From NCBI RefSeq assembly GCF_041956535.1, contig NW_027192215.1, positions 427,668 through 491,667 of the forward strand: 64,000 nt of DNA. The letters run 5' to 3'. Below are positions 23,683 to 35,972 of the stretch, piece after piece. The position numbers and the translations under genes are program-made. Each line of letters opens with the position of its first letter. Within the stretch, counting starts at the first letter, position 1. This DNA comes from Calcarisporiella thermophila CBS 279.70. Taxonomy: Eukaryota > Fungi > Calcarisporiellomycota. Under the pieces are notes generated by a model. That model worked only from the letters and a program-made list of their open reading frames with translations. It searched no databases and was not told where the DNA came from.

Positions 23683-24780
23683 CCTTAAATTCTCCTAATT
23701 AAATCCCTGATCTGCTACGCCTCAGCCATATTTTCACCAGCACTTTGCTATGACTCAACCTGTTCATTACACTCCATCTCCCTATTTATGTCTTCTAATA
23801 ACAATTAATTCTTTAAAAGCTTAAAATATGCTTTGAGCAACGCAATCATTTTGGTAAGTAAATTTGAATATTCAATATTAATGCACCCTTTTTGTTTTCT
23901 CATAAAAGTCTATACGGTCACTCTCCATGTCTTGATAGGATCAAACCCTCTGCTGAGAATCAGTGATGATTTAGGATCTATGATATCTCTACCCTTATCA
24001 CAAAGCTAATTTCAGGTCACTAATGGGATAATCTACACTAAACCCGTGACATAGGAAACTAAAGAGCTTTGAAGATGGAAGCACAGGGTCCTTTGTCTCT
24101 TGCTTTAATAAATTGGCTTCACAGTTGCTCAAAACTTCACCCATAAAATGCCTAATAAAGTCCCGTTCAGGCAGTGAATGATTATTCTATTTTTCTACCC
24201 TATAAGTGCAATAACAAAGACGTCTATCCAATTTATTCTAGTATTATCAATGGGTAAATGCTACCGATTGAAGTTGTTAATTAAATAAGAATATAATTGA
24301 ACTTAGTTATCCTTCATTCTTTATAAAAATATACAATTAAAAAAGTATTCTGTGGTATTGACAATCCCTCTAAGTTCACTACTGGAATGGATCAAGATTC
24401 ATTCTACAATTACAAATATAATAAAGCCTGGCCTAAAACAAAATAAAAATAACCATATGAATGTTCGAAAGCTCTCAACTATTTAGTCATGGACAAGAAT
24501 GAAGGCTAAAATAGGGGCAACATGGACTGTGCGGAATACAGTAGGAATGGACAATATACTGACAATGAGTTTTGTTCGTAATTTGAATTTCACCCGCCGC
24601 TCAAATCTTTTGGAGCTCAAGGGACAGTTTAAACGAAGATATGAATTCTATCTTCAGCATAGCGACGACATAAAAAATTTTTCGATATAATTGAAAATAA
24701 CTTCAAGTGGGGCCCTATATATTTGAATAGACACAGAACAGAGTCCAATGCTTTATTATTGGCGGATAGCTCGGGTTAAA

Positions 24781-26386
24781 TCACTGGAAGTAGTCGCCCT
24801 TTTTGGGGCAAAAGATGGCCGCATTCTCAGGAACCAAAGTTTTCTTTTTACCTTTTGGCTCAAAGAGATTGTTCCAGAGACCCACGGTGAATGCTTTGTT
24901 AGCGCACACGTTGGGATGGAAGCAATCCAAACCACTTAGAAAGCCCTGCCCATATGTATCAAAAACGGCCTTTTCAAATGCAGGTTGTGCGCTCACGTAA
25001 AAATCGGAATAGTTTTTGGACTGATAATCGTCGGCGATCTGAGCAAGTTGTGCATTGTACTCGGCCAGGTACTTCCTAGTGGCTAAGGCGAATGATCAAG
25101 AGAAAAGACTGTGTTAAAATGACCATTCCTTGAGCGTGAGAAATGGGCACACACCTGGAGCTTTACTGGGAGCAGCATTAGGACATATCGCCGACGAGCT
25201 CATAATGATAGTGCAATAAAGATCCGATTGAGCCGCAGTGTGAACTTGAGTGACCTAAATGAGGTAAAAGACACACGTTGGTAAAAGAAGATCAAATGTA
25301 GAATGCAACCATTGTACTAGGGCAAAACGGCTGTGATGGCACTTACATCGAGCACGCCCACGAGGCTGACGAATGCTTTCCCAATCTCGGTGCGAATACG
25401 CTCAACTGCGGCACGGACATTTTTGCCAAATTCGGTAGGGCTGGTGACTCCATCGCCACACACGTCGTTTGGGCCGATAAGTAGGGTGACCATTTTCCAC
25501 TGGTCCTTGATGGACTTGTACTCTCCTCCGTTGAGCAGAGCGACGGTGCGATCGATTTCCTTATTCAGGGTGTGGGACGTAGCTCCAGAGATGGCGGAAT
25601 TAAGCTCGCTCCCCTCAGCACGTGGAAGGGTGACACCTTTTTTGGTAAGATACACCATCGATTAATAGGTAGGAGCTCTGGAAGCCGAAGCGTAACCTAG
25701 CAAATATTCTCACCCGTAGACACGCCTGTTAACTTAGGGTTGTAGAGTCGAAGGATATTAGGGAGAGTAAGCTGACCGGAATCTCCCCCAATGCTGAACA
25801 CCTTTCCTCTCTCTTCCAAGATTTGGATGATAGGGAAATGGGCTAGCAAATTGTTCGGTGAGAACGGTGACCGAAGACGCGAAATTCGAATTGAACTAAA
25901 TTAAGGATACTCACCACTACTCATGGCAAAACCAGCCGTGATACTATCTCCGAAAGCTAGAATGGCACCAATATCTTGAGGACGCAGTCGACGAACATCC
26001 CGATCCTTATCCGATATGCCATCATCCAAATCACCTGGTTTAGGGTTACACGTTACGGGGGGGATGTCGACTGGACACTGGCGCAAATTGTCTGAAGCAT
26101 CCTTGTTGCTCACCGTCCCGTTATGCAAACTAGCATACTTTTCATAGAAATCTTTGAGCTTATCGACGTGCTCAAGACTAAATCGCTTAACGTTCTTGAA
26201 TTTTTGGGCATCTTCTTTGGCTGCTTGGATTAGAGTATCGTGGTCAGAATCTTGAGAGGAAGAGACTTTGCGGTCAGGTTGTCGGTTGCCACCCCTCTGT
26301 CGATGTTGCGCAGCATTCACCTGGAGAACGGCCCATACAAAAACAATCAGGGCAAAAGTAATACGTCGGAGGAAAGTTGGGGTCAT
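24781..26386 (-). CDS. Secreted GDSL/SGNH lipase (phospholipase B1-like), multi-exon
   Basis: Signal peptide; LRPQDIGAILAFGDSITAGF, LNSAISGA, WKMVTLLIGPNDVC, LDCFHPN...LWNNL. Confidence 0.9.
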
Positions 26387-27377
26387 CGGGTAAAAGATTG
26401 GATATATAGAAATAAGGGCTGGTGAGTATGTAGTTAAAAAGGGAGAAGTGGAAAAAAAAAGTGGAGGAAATGTAGGTGGAGAAAATTCGTCGATTTAAAT
26501 TAAAATAGCCAGATCTTTCCCAATATTCTGAGCAAACTTTATATCATTTGCATAAGCTTAAACGGTTATACGATTTCAGGCCACCAAAGCTGTTCACTCA
26601 TTTGTCATTCTGTATTCCCATCTATTGTTGAAGTAGAGCACCTGTATGTCTCAAGAAAGATCTCATCAGAATTTGAATTATTTTTAAGAAAAGTTCTCGC
26701 GGCGTTTATTTTATTTAAACATTCAGTGGTGCGTTACCCATACATGAACATCTTTAAATTATTTCGGACAATGAAATTTTCAACACTGAAAACTCTTTAG
26801 GAGAGGTACGAAAAATAGATGCAATTCCAACAGACTGATTTTATGGTCCGTTGCTATTTTAAAGTAGGTATATGTAATCAGAAAGAAAGATAGAGCTCCA
26901 TTACCACAACCCAATAATGCATCCAAGCAATCTATTAAGGATAATGACGTAACTAGATTGTCACGAAAATAAGAAATCTAATCCTTAATAATAGTAATGT
27001 ATAGCCAATGATCCGCTCCACAAAAGTTTCAACTTTATCTAATTGTGTCGCAGTTCCACCAAGTACACATTGTCATTATAATTCCTATTCTACATTAAAC
27101 CATTTATTTTTTTCATATATTTGTTCCTCAGCATCTTCTCTAAATTCACAGAATTTAGAGCATAGTTTTAGGGCAGATCCTATGTTTACATAAGATTGTA
27201 AAGTAAAATAAAAACGCTTTTCCCATGATATCTAAGATAACCAATCGTCACTATTGTCAAAAGCATATATTGAAATATGGCTTGGTTTGCCATTTTAGGT
27301 TTAAAGGATCTCCCTAAATTAACAGTTAAATAATAGAAAGTTCAAGGGAGCTAGTTAAAGTAAGAGAAAGTAAAGGA

Positions 27378-28598
27378 TTATTCTAAAAGAGGGACCGTGT
27401 CATCGAGTCGTAAAGGCAGGTTTGCGGTAACATTGTAGTTGTAACGACTAATGAATTTAGCCATACGTCTTTCTTCCTGTCTCACTCTAGATGCGTTAAG
27501 TCCATTCATTTCAAGCCAAGCGTCAGGCAATGGCTGGGGCACAGGAAGAATCTTGCGGCGGGGGGTTGGCGGTGATGGAGTGTTAGGTTTGGCACATTTG
27601 ATTTTAGTAGAGGTTAAGTTTGCACGTTTGGATAATTGCGGGATGTAGTCTGAATAGGTGTAGCAGAGGCCAGGGTTTTGGGTGCTCATCATGCTCTGCA
27701 CTTGAACTCGATAGGGATAGAGAACTTCTGTGATAGAAGCCTGACTCCCATCCTTATTCACGCCGTTGAATTGGCTCTCAAATTGAGGACCGCGATTTTG
27801 CCAATCCATCCAAAGTTTATCCAGGAAGCAGTGGTGCATAAAAAAAATTGGATCGTTGGGACTGGCCATAGTTCCCATATCACCACCGATGGTGATATGG
27901 ACATTCCCGTGAGGGCTGCCTTCGAGTGCTGTACGAAATTCGTCAAACGTGTTTCTCGTGAGGAGGATGTTCTGAAGGACCTCCGTGGATGCCCACGGAC
28001 TAATGAAGTTGCCGCGATTAAACTGACGAGGGAGACAGTGGAGTCTGGCCGAACCATCTCTGTTATACAGCACATTCCAATATGCGATTTGTCCGGTGTT
28101 GATGCAGGTGCCAGTTCCACCGTACCACTGATTCGAGAAAATTTGACTGTAGGCTGGATTGTCTGCGTCCTCCCCCCAATACCAATACGGAAGAGTAACT
28201 CTGGGGTTGATCGTTTGTAGCGCCCTCTCAAACTCACGGAGGAATAGACGATGCCAAGGGAAAAACTGAGCTTGGCCATGTGCGTTTCTAGTTGCTTGTA
28301 AGTGATAGTAACTCATGGAGTCAAGACGATTGGGCCGGGTCGCACTATTCACTGCTCTCAAAGCAGAGAGAAATTCATTGCGCTCCTGGTTTGAAAGCTG
28401 TCGGAACTCTTTTCTAACCGCAAGTGTAGAGCATCGTGGGGAAACAGTAGGGGAGGGACTCCTAGAGGTGGTACTGGTTGCGGTTACGGTAATGGTTACA
28501 AATACAACGTCCTCTTGTCCCAAAGTAGGGTGGATACTCGTAAATACGAGAACAAATAGAAACGCGATATTTAGAATATTAAATGCGAGTATATTCAT
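27378..28598 (-). CDS. Secreted tyrosinase (type-3 di-copper protein), intronless
   Basis: Signal peptide, Thr/Ser linker, VRKEFRQLS, CuA H...AHGQAQFFPWHR, LPYWYW, CuB PHGNVH...SPNDPIFFMHHCFLDKLW. Confidence 0.93.
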   Translation of the reverse strand: MNILAFNILNIAFLFVLVFTSIHPTLGQEDVVFVTITVTATSTTSRSPSPTVSPRCSTLAVRKEFRQLSNQERNEFLSALRAVNSATRPNRLDSMSYYHLQATRNAHGQAQFFPWHRLFLREFERALQTINPRVTLPYWYWGEDADNPAYSQIFSNQWYGGTGTCINTGQIAYWNVLYNRDGSARLHCLPRQFNRGNFISPWASTEVLQNILLTRNTFDEFRTALEGSPHGNVHITIGGDMGTMASPNDPIFFMHHCFLDKLWMDWQNRGPQFESQFNGVNKDGSQASITEVLYPYRVQVQSMMSTQNPGLCYTYSDYIPQLSKRANLTSTKIKCAKPNTPSPPTPRRKILPVPQPLPDAWLEMNGLNASRVRQEERRMAKFISRYNYNVTANLPLRLDDTVPLLE

Positions 28599-29036
28599 AT
28601 CATGAACCAATACTTTGGAAATAATCGTGCTCTGATGAGAGTTTAAAAATAATCCAAACAGGAAAAATATATAATAGTCAACAGACGAGATTCCTCAAGC
28701 CGCGCTAGCAAGAGGGCAAATTCATCCTCTACCCTGTTTAGATTTTTACACTACAAGTAGGTTGGAATTCGCCTATTCATCGGCTCTGAGACTTCACTTC
28801 CATCTGAATTCGGGTCGGGCTTCCTCGGTTTTCAACCCTGGAATTTCCTTAATATTCTAATTATACAAGGGTATCACCCCCAAATGTAGCGTCAAATAAA
28901 GATGTTAGATTCGGATATATCATCCTCGTTGATCACTTTTCCCAATTTACATATATAAGTTATGTCCATATCAAGATCGCCGCGTTAGAATAGGTGGTTT
29001 TCTGGGAAAATGTTAAGGAATACTAAAAATCGCAAA

Positions 29037-29690
29037 TTACACCATCAAACAAACTAGTATCCAAATAAGTTTTTTTTGGATAAGCTTGGAATTAAAAAGT
29101 CGAAATAACAAGTGAAATATCAGATCTTGATTTAATCCATTGATCGCGTGTAGGATTGCAAGTAGCTCCCTCTCGTGCGTTGGATAATTGTGTTCAGCAG
29201 CAATAAAATTTTTTGACTCGAAGACAACAGGATATTCCTTTCCATCGTGTTCTTTACTTAGTACAGCGCCAACACCATTATTGGAAGCATAAGTAGTAAT
29301 TATAAATGGCTTCTTTGCATCTGGAAACTTCAGTACTGGCGAAGTAATCAGTGCTGTCTTCAACTGCTCAAATGCCGAATTTTCTGTCGCGCTCCAGGAG
29401 TATTTACACTTATCGGACAATAATGAAGTCAATGGTGCAGCTTGCGATAATTTCTTACGAATTTACGGTAGTAATTCGCCAAGCCAAAGAAAGAACGTAG
29501 TTTATCGGAGTTGGCCAATGTTGTATCGCATCGATCTTTTTGGATCCGTGTGTATTCTTCTGCAGATACAATTTGCCCGAGAAATTCAATGCATCGCACT
29601 CCGAATTCACATTTTGATCATCTTGGCATCAAGTTGATTTTCCCTCAAAACATCTAGGATTTTGTGTAAATGCTCAACGTGTTCTTCTTA
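29037..29690 (-). mobile_element. Ty3/Gypsy pol relic (RT C-terminus and RNase H)
   Basis: EEHVEHLHKILDVLRENQL, KCEFG...EFLG, LRSFFGLANYYR, AFEQLKTALITSPVL, ASNNGVGAVL, NYPTHERELLAI; frameshifts. Confidence 0.88.
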
Positions 29691-31047
29691 GGATAATTAG
29701 GATAATTCGTGAACTATTCAATAGATAATGCGGTGGAAACTATTGTCCCAATCACTTACCAGCCACTTATGAATAAAGCATACTTCACTCCTCATCCATT
29801 CAATGTCAGATATCACTCTCGGTAGTTTTGGATTTACCTGGATTTCAATATAAGATAACTAGCTCGAACAGCTTAAGATTGTATTCTCCACTCTTTAAAA
29901 GTTGCGTCTTTATTTGCCAATTGATATATTTATGTTAATAGTTCATTAATTCATTACTTTTATGTTATGGATAATGTCGGTTGCAACCCTCTTTCTCTAC
30001 GTATTTATCCAATTCTAGACCATACTAGGGTTCATAAATGTAAAGTCTTGATTTCTGAATCCTTAGGATCTGAAAAACCAACGTAATTAAGTGAAAACCT
30101 ACATTATTCGATACTAAGCCTAGCGTATGCGACGGCTTAGTCGAAATGGAATAGGCAGTCAGCAATGGACTGCTGACCTAGTCCGCAGTCTATTTGAGTT
30201 TAAGAGGAACTTTCAGGGATGGAATTGGTAAGTCGGAAACAGATACTCTATACAATAACAACAAATACTATATACAATATTTTAGAGATGATGATATTGG
30301 CGCTTTTTGACATAAATTTGTGTATACAGAGTCTATAAACAAGCATATATTTATAGAAATACAGTATGATGAATACGGATTATGGGTATTAAGCGTGTGT
30401 ATGTAAGGCTGCAAACAGGTATATATAGAAATACGATAAATACAAACTTCTGGGTATTGTCTAAATGATTGCTTTTTCCCTCAGACTGGATCATCCTCAT
30501 AATGCACCCAATGTTGTGAGTAGTCCTCACTAATCCTACCGCCATATTAGGAGAACCTTTGAGCAGAAACAGGGCCCAGTGAGCATTCCAAGCGCTAATG
30601 CAGTGCCGTAAGCCTCAGAATTAGCATGTGCAAATAAGACGCTAACTGGGCGACCCTGGTATCAATTGTGTAGCATCGTCTATCCAGTTTGGCAACCAGC
30701 ACTTCAAGTGTGTGAAAAGGAGAGCTGGCATTATCTATGGCATTGTGTAGCACCTTATCGGCCAAATCAAGACAGGACACCCATCCACCCGCTACATACA
30801 ATAGTGTTGTACCCATACAATTTTGGATATATGCCTTTTCCATCTCGTCTGTGTCTCTGTATTTCGTCGTATGCTCGAACCCAACTGCATTAATTAGATC
30901 ATAATAGCCAATTGCAGCATTGTGAATACTAATAATTAAAGGTCCATCTCGTCCTAGATACGGATCCGATGAGTTAGGAATTACTGGCTACGCAATCTGC
31001 TCTACTGTGGTTTATATCCTCTACTCGTCGTCCATGTGAAAATCTAT

Positions 31048-31900
31048 TCAAGAGTTTCGATATGTGGAAGCAACGTGAATCGGGGGATCAATAACCATTC
31101 CGCACCCAAGGATTATTGCACCACGGCATGCACACCACGAACACTCCCATGGGTGTTGTAAATACACAGGTACACCAATGCTAAGGGCCACCTTACTCGT
31201 GACTTGTTGCCATAGCGGGTTTCCATGAGCAGTGACAAAACATCTACTCGCAGCTTTGCTCATCATCCGGTCCGTGGCGTCTCCCGGTTGTATGGGCCTA
31301 AAATAATGTAGCGCAGTTATCCCGCCGCCATGTTTGCAAGGCAGCCCCAAGAACTCCTGCGCGCGTGAAGGCTTAATTCGGATGAGTTTACAAGTCTCAT
31401 GGTCGAAAAGCATCCAGTTCTCCCTTGGCACCCAACGCCCACTCTGAATACAGGCGGAGAATGGTCCATTATTTTTGCCTCCGGACGCCAGCCAAACCGG
31501 GTCAGGCATATCCGTGTTGAGGATCCAAACACCTGTCAATCTTGCACACCACTAGTTTCAATACTTGCGGATGAGGTAGACGGGAAGGCCTCAGTGCACA
31601 GTCATCGGGAGATAACTGTTATAGCAGTTATCTCCGGATTTAATGTCCATGAAGTACATGGTAGCCTATTGTTATACCATGTCTTCTCTTGCGAAAGGTC
31701 CGGGGTGCACTCTTCATCAGAGATCACCATGGCGTCAAGATCTTCATTGTCCCATGTTTCTTCGTTGAAATCATTCAAATCATCCACTTCCTGTATCTCT
31801 GCTCCTGGTGAAGAGACTGGAGTGATCGTTGCCTGAGCCGCTAGATATGCGGCCGAGTTTGGAAATACAAAATGATCCAATTGTTCCCTGTTCATTATTG
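31048..31900 (-). pseudogene. Eroded uncharacterised fungal protein gene
   Basis: Two ORF pieces separated by stops; C-terminus FVTAHGNP...YLQHPWECSWCAC...GCGMVID resembles, from recollection, a Cys-containing C-terminal region of uncharacterised fungal proteins. Confidence 0.4.
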
Positions 31901-32577
31901 AATCATATAATGCACGAGTAAGTGTACAATAAACTATTCCGGGTAGCAATTGTATAAGATAAAATCCAGAGTAATTACTAGAAGCTAAGGTGAAAAGAGA
32001 CATATATATAGGCGTTTTGTAGGGTTGGATAGAATGGTAGCAAAGTGGATTTAAAATTTAAGAAAGTGAATGACTTTGTGTTGAGTTCGCCTAATGTAGC
32101 GATTTCAAGTTGGATTGACCTGTAAATTTAAACACTAAAAAAAATTAAAAAAGAACTTAAACTGGAAATTACAGGAAAATTGGCCTAGACCTAACGTAAA
32201 CGATGTCCAATACTCTTTCAGTATTTTGGCCGTCCCTCTTACTGGCCTTAGGGATTCAGTGCTACCAGAGACTTTCATATTGGAGCCTTTGGGGGCAGCT
32301 TCCTCGCAGGAAATAGGTAAAGGCATTTTGGTGATTTTCCAGAGAGTAGCGATAGTATAGGATTCTATTGGAAGAGCTTTTTAATATTTTCCTGTAGGCA
32401 GTATCCTCCTGTTTTGAGCGCCTTACCCTAAACATGGCTGTAACCAGCCTTTTTTCTTCTTTTTCAGAAATCGCTACTGGGCCGTAGTCCGTATGAATTC
32501 CCTCACCTTCTGGATGGATCACCTATTTGCTCATATTTATGTCGATCGATATGTTGATCCAGTTGTTCAGAGATCTC

Positions 32578-32862
32578 TGATCATCGTTGATCAAATGGTT
32601 CCTCGATATTAGGAAGTGAGTATCTATTCTTTATCGTTGCCTTATTGAGTGCTCGATACTCTACGCACATGTACTTTTACTCAGCTTTTTTTTTTTTTTT
32701 ACACAAATTAAACAGGTGAATCGAACTGCGGAGTGCTATTGCGTATCAGTCCTTTATAACCAAAACCCATAATATGGCATTTAGGTATATCTTGTTCTTG
32801 GTCTGAGAGTCAATACATTGGTTTACAAGTAGGTTCTATCCCGAGATCTATTTCAATGGCAT
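32578..32862 (-). mobile_element. Ty3/Gypsy pol relic (RT N-terminus)
   Basis: IEIDLGIEPTCKPMY*LS...LIRNSTPQFDSPV...[24 protein letters not shown]. Confidence 0.85.
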
Positions 32863-33584
32863 AATTAAGGATCGTTTTGGTGGATGATTTTTTTAGAAGA
32901 GCTGCTAGAAAGACAACGTAATATATATACATGGATGGAATCTACGCTTGACATGACATTGCACTCTATCAACGTGTCATCTGTGTCATTATGTTTCTTG
33001 AAAATTATTGCGAATAAATGATCGTTGATTGTAAGGAGTGCATATCGTTTTAACTTTAGCTGACAAGAGCTGGTGTTCCTTCTTTTGGTCATCAATCAGG
33101 AGGTACAATAAATATCGAAAGCGAAATAAAGGAGTGCCAAATCGAATAGCTCAAATATTTATTATTAAATCAAACTCGGAAAAAATAATTGGTGTTGCAG
33201 ATCTATGATTTGCAATTTTTTTTTATTATTAAAATATTTAATCGCTGGAAAGAATTCGAATGATAACCAGGGCTATCATAAGGGTGTCGGAAGATAAACG
33301 GATCATTAACTAGAATACTATTAGAGATAAAAAATTAGGGGAGTAATGTATCATGGCTGGTATAATCCCATGTTGCCTCAGCTTGCACTTATTTCCCATA
33401 CTCTCCATTGCATCTTCATCTCGTCTGTGTTTGCCTTCAGTGTAATCTTATATTGTGATACATCCTATTGTATAAATAAGGTCTTTTCCGAAAATATAAA
33501 TCGAGACTCTTATCTTCACAACCCAGTGTATTCTCCTTCTTCTTCTTTCTCCCCTACTTGCTCGATTATTGAACCTGAGTTGAG

Positions 33585-35972
33585 ATGGAGAAGGATCAAA
33601 ACTCTCCGCAGGCTACTTCTGCCGAAAAGCAAACCTCCTCGCACGTCTCCACACCACAAAAATCGCGGTTCGCATTTTTCAGCGACACCAACCCGTACGG
33701 CAAACCGCTACACACGCTCACCGACGCGGAAATCGGAATTACTGATCCGAATGAAAACAGCCCCATTAAAGAGGTCCGCGAAACCATCAGCAACCGCGAC
33801 GACCCCAATATGCCGTGCATGACGTTCCGGATGTGGTTTATCGGTCTCTTTTTTGTTGTGATCTTTGGCTTCATCAACCAAATGTTCCAATTCCACTATC
33901 CACCCTTCCTGGTATCTGCAATGGTCGTGCAGTTACTGAGTTATCCGATCGGTCGGTTTTTCGCTTGGGTGCTTCCAACGCAGCACTTCCGCATCCCCTT
34001 CTCCAACGCCACCTTAACTCTTAATCCCGGGCCGTTCAACATCAAAGAGCACGTGTTGATCGTCTCCATGGCCAACGTCACCCTGAACACCGCTTATGCT
34101 GTCGACATTGTTGTCATCAAGAAACTTTTCTACCATAGCGATATGGGCTTCTTCGCAGGCTTCCTACTCGTCGTCACCACTCAGTGTCTTGGCTATGGAT
34201 TGGCAGGAATGTTACGGCAGTTCTTGGTCCGACCTTCAGCTATGATTTGGCCTACCAATCTTCCCACCATAGCATTGTTCCGCTCCTTCCATGAGCATGA
34301 CAAGGAGGAGGACATGGTGGACGAGGACGCATCGGTCGATGACGAAAAGAAAGTTGAATTTGCACCGTCCGAACAAACCACCACCCACCTCGCCACGCCC
34401 ACCTCATCCGGAAACAAGAAAAACGTACGTCGCCTTCGGTTTTTCCTGCTTGCTGCCATGGGAAGTTTTGTCTACTATCTCTTTCCCGGGTTTCTCTTCA
34501 ATTTCCTCACGTCCATCTCGTGGGTCTGCCTGGCCGCGCCAAACTCGCATATAGCAAATCAATTGGGTTCCGGCTACTATGGCCTTAGTCTTGGCGCCTT
34601 CTCTCTCGACTGGAACACCATTTCCTCCACCCTACTCTCCCCCCTCATGGTGCCATTTTACGTCCAAGTTAACGTCATCATCGGCTTCATCATCTTCGCC
34701 TGGATCGCCCTCCCCGCCGGCTACTACACCAATGTCCTGGACGCCATGAAATACCCCATTTACTCTGTTAACCTCTTCAACTCGAAGGATGCTTCCAAAA
34801 AGTATGACATCGCTCAGGTCGCCCCCGAAAACAAATTCGATCCAAAGCTGCTCGATGAGTACGGTGCGCCACGCATGTCTATCATGTTTGCTTTCAACTA
34901 TGCCCTGGGTTTTGCCAATCTGACCGCCGTCCTGACCCATGTCTTCCTCTACTACCGCCATGATATTATTCGCCAATTCCGAAAGGCTCGTAGCGAAGAT
35001 GATGATATCCATGCCAAACTCATGCGCCGTTACCCCGAAGTTCCGCATATCTGGTATCTGATTGTGCTTGTCATCAATCTCATTCTCGCCTTCGTAGTGT
35101 GTGTGACCTTTGGTATCAACCTGCCATGGTGGGGCGTACTACTCGCCATCGTAATGTGCGCCTTCTTCATGCTTCCTGTTGGAATCGTTCAAGCCGTCAC
35201 CACTTATCAAGTCGGCCTCAACATCATCACCGAGTTCGTCATAGGTCTTCTCCATCCCGGCGAGCCCATTGCAAACCAAACCTTCAAGACGTATGGCTAC
35301 ATCAGCATGTATCAAGCGCTCGGCTTCACGGCAGATCTCAAGCTGGGTCACTATATGAAGGTCCCGCCTCGTGCCATGTTCTGGGCCCAGGTCGTCGCCA
35401 CCCTCGTCGGCGGTGTGATCAATCTTAGTACCGCGTACTTTATGATGGGCTCCATCCCCAATATATGCCAAGAAGATGCAGGCATGTGGTCATGTGCAGG
35501 ATACTCGCGCGTCTTCTACAGCGCCTCTGTGCTCTGGGGTTTGGTTGGCCCGAAGGTATTGTTTGGTCCCACCACTCCCTATGGTCCGCTACTGTACGGA
35601 TTCCTGATCGGCCTGGTGCTTCCCATTCCATTCTATTTTCTTGGGAAGAAATACCCCAATTCTTGGTTGCGCTTCGTCAATATCCCTGCCATGCTGGCTG
35701 CCCTCGGCTACTTCGCTCAAACCCCCCCCGTCTCGTATCCGTCATGGTTCCTCGTTGGCTTCATCTTTCAATATCTCATCAAACGCTATCGGCACACTTG
35801 GTGGTCCAATTACAACTACTTGCTGTCCGCCGGCTTGGACGCTGGTATTGGCCTTTGCCTTCCCTTTATCTTCTTCGCTTTCCAATTTAAGGATTCAATT
35901 ACCGCAGACTGGTGGGGGAATCATGACGATAGTGCGTATTGTCCTTTGGCCAAAAAACCGTTGATTTCTTAG
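33585..35972 (+). CDS. OPT-family oligopeptide transporter, intronless
   Basis: SPIKEVR...DDP, TFRMW, NPGPFNIKEH, DDIHAKLMRRYPEVP, DLKLGHYMKVPPR; 795-aa open frame. Confidence 0.97.
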   Translation: MEKDQNSPQATSAEKQTSSHVSTPQKSRFAFFSDTNPYGKPLHTLTDAEIGITDPNENSPIKEVRETISNRDDPNMPCMTFRMWFIGLFFVVIFGFINQMFQFHYPPFLVSAMVVQLLSYPIGRFFAWVLPTQHFRIPFSNATLTLNPGPFNIKEHVLIVSMANVTLNTAYAVDIVVIKKLFYHSDMGFFAGFLLVVTTQCLGYGLAGMLRQFLVRPSAMIWPTNLPTIALFRSFHEHDKEEDMVDEDASVDDEKKVEFAPSEQTTTHLATPTSSGNKKNVRRLRFFLLAAMGSFVYYLFPGFLFNFLTSISWVCLAAPNSHIANQLGSGYYGLSLGAFSLDWNTISSTLLSPLMVPFYVQVNVIIGFIIFAWIALPAGYYTNVLDAMKYPIYSVNLFNSKDASKKYDIAQVAPENKFDPKLLDEYGAPRMSIMFAFNYALGFANLTAVLTHVFLYYRHDIIRQFRKARSEDDDIHAKLMRRYPEVPHIWYLIVLVINLILAFVVCVTFGINLPWWGVLLAIVMCAFFMLPVGIVQAVTTYQVGLNIITEFVIGLLHPGEPIANQTFKTYGYISMYQALGFTADLKLGHYMKVPPRAMFWAQVVATLVGGVINLSTAYFMMGSIPNICQEDAGMWSCAGYSRVFYSASVLWGLVGPKVLFGPTTPYGPLLYGFLIGLVLPIPFYFLGKKYPNSWLRFVNIPAMLAALGYFAQTPPVSYPSWFLVGFIFQYLIKRYRHTWWSNYNYLLSAGLDAGIGLCLPFIFFAFQFKDSITADWWGNHDDSAYCPLAKKPLIS

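Noticed and set aside
27451-28605. Antisense and alternative-frame ORFs over tyrosinase (likewise over OPT, LAAO, GDSL and CRN)
   Set aside because: Shadows of real coding sequence with no independent motifs
30155-30166. GCAGTCAGCAAT 12-mer identical to the LINE junction at 5883
   Set aside because: Shared 12-mers are expected by chance within 64 kb, and there is no extended similarity
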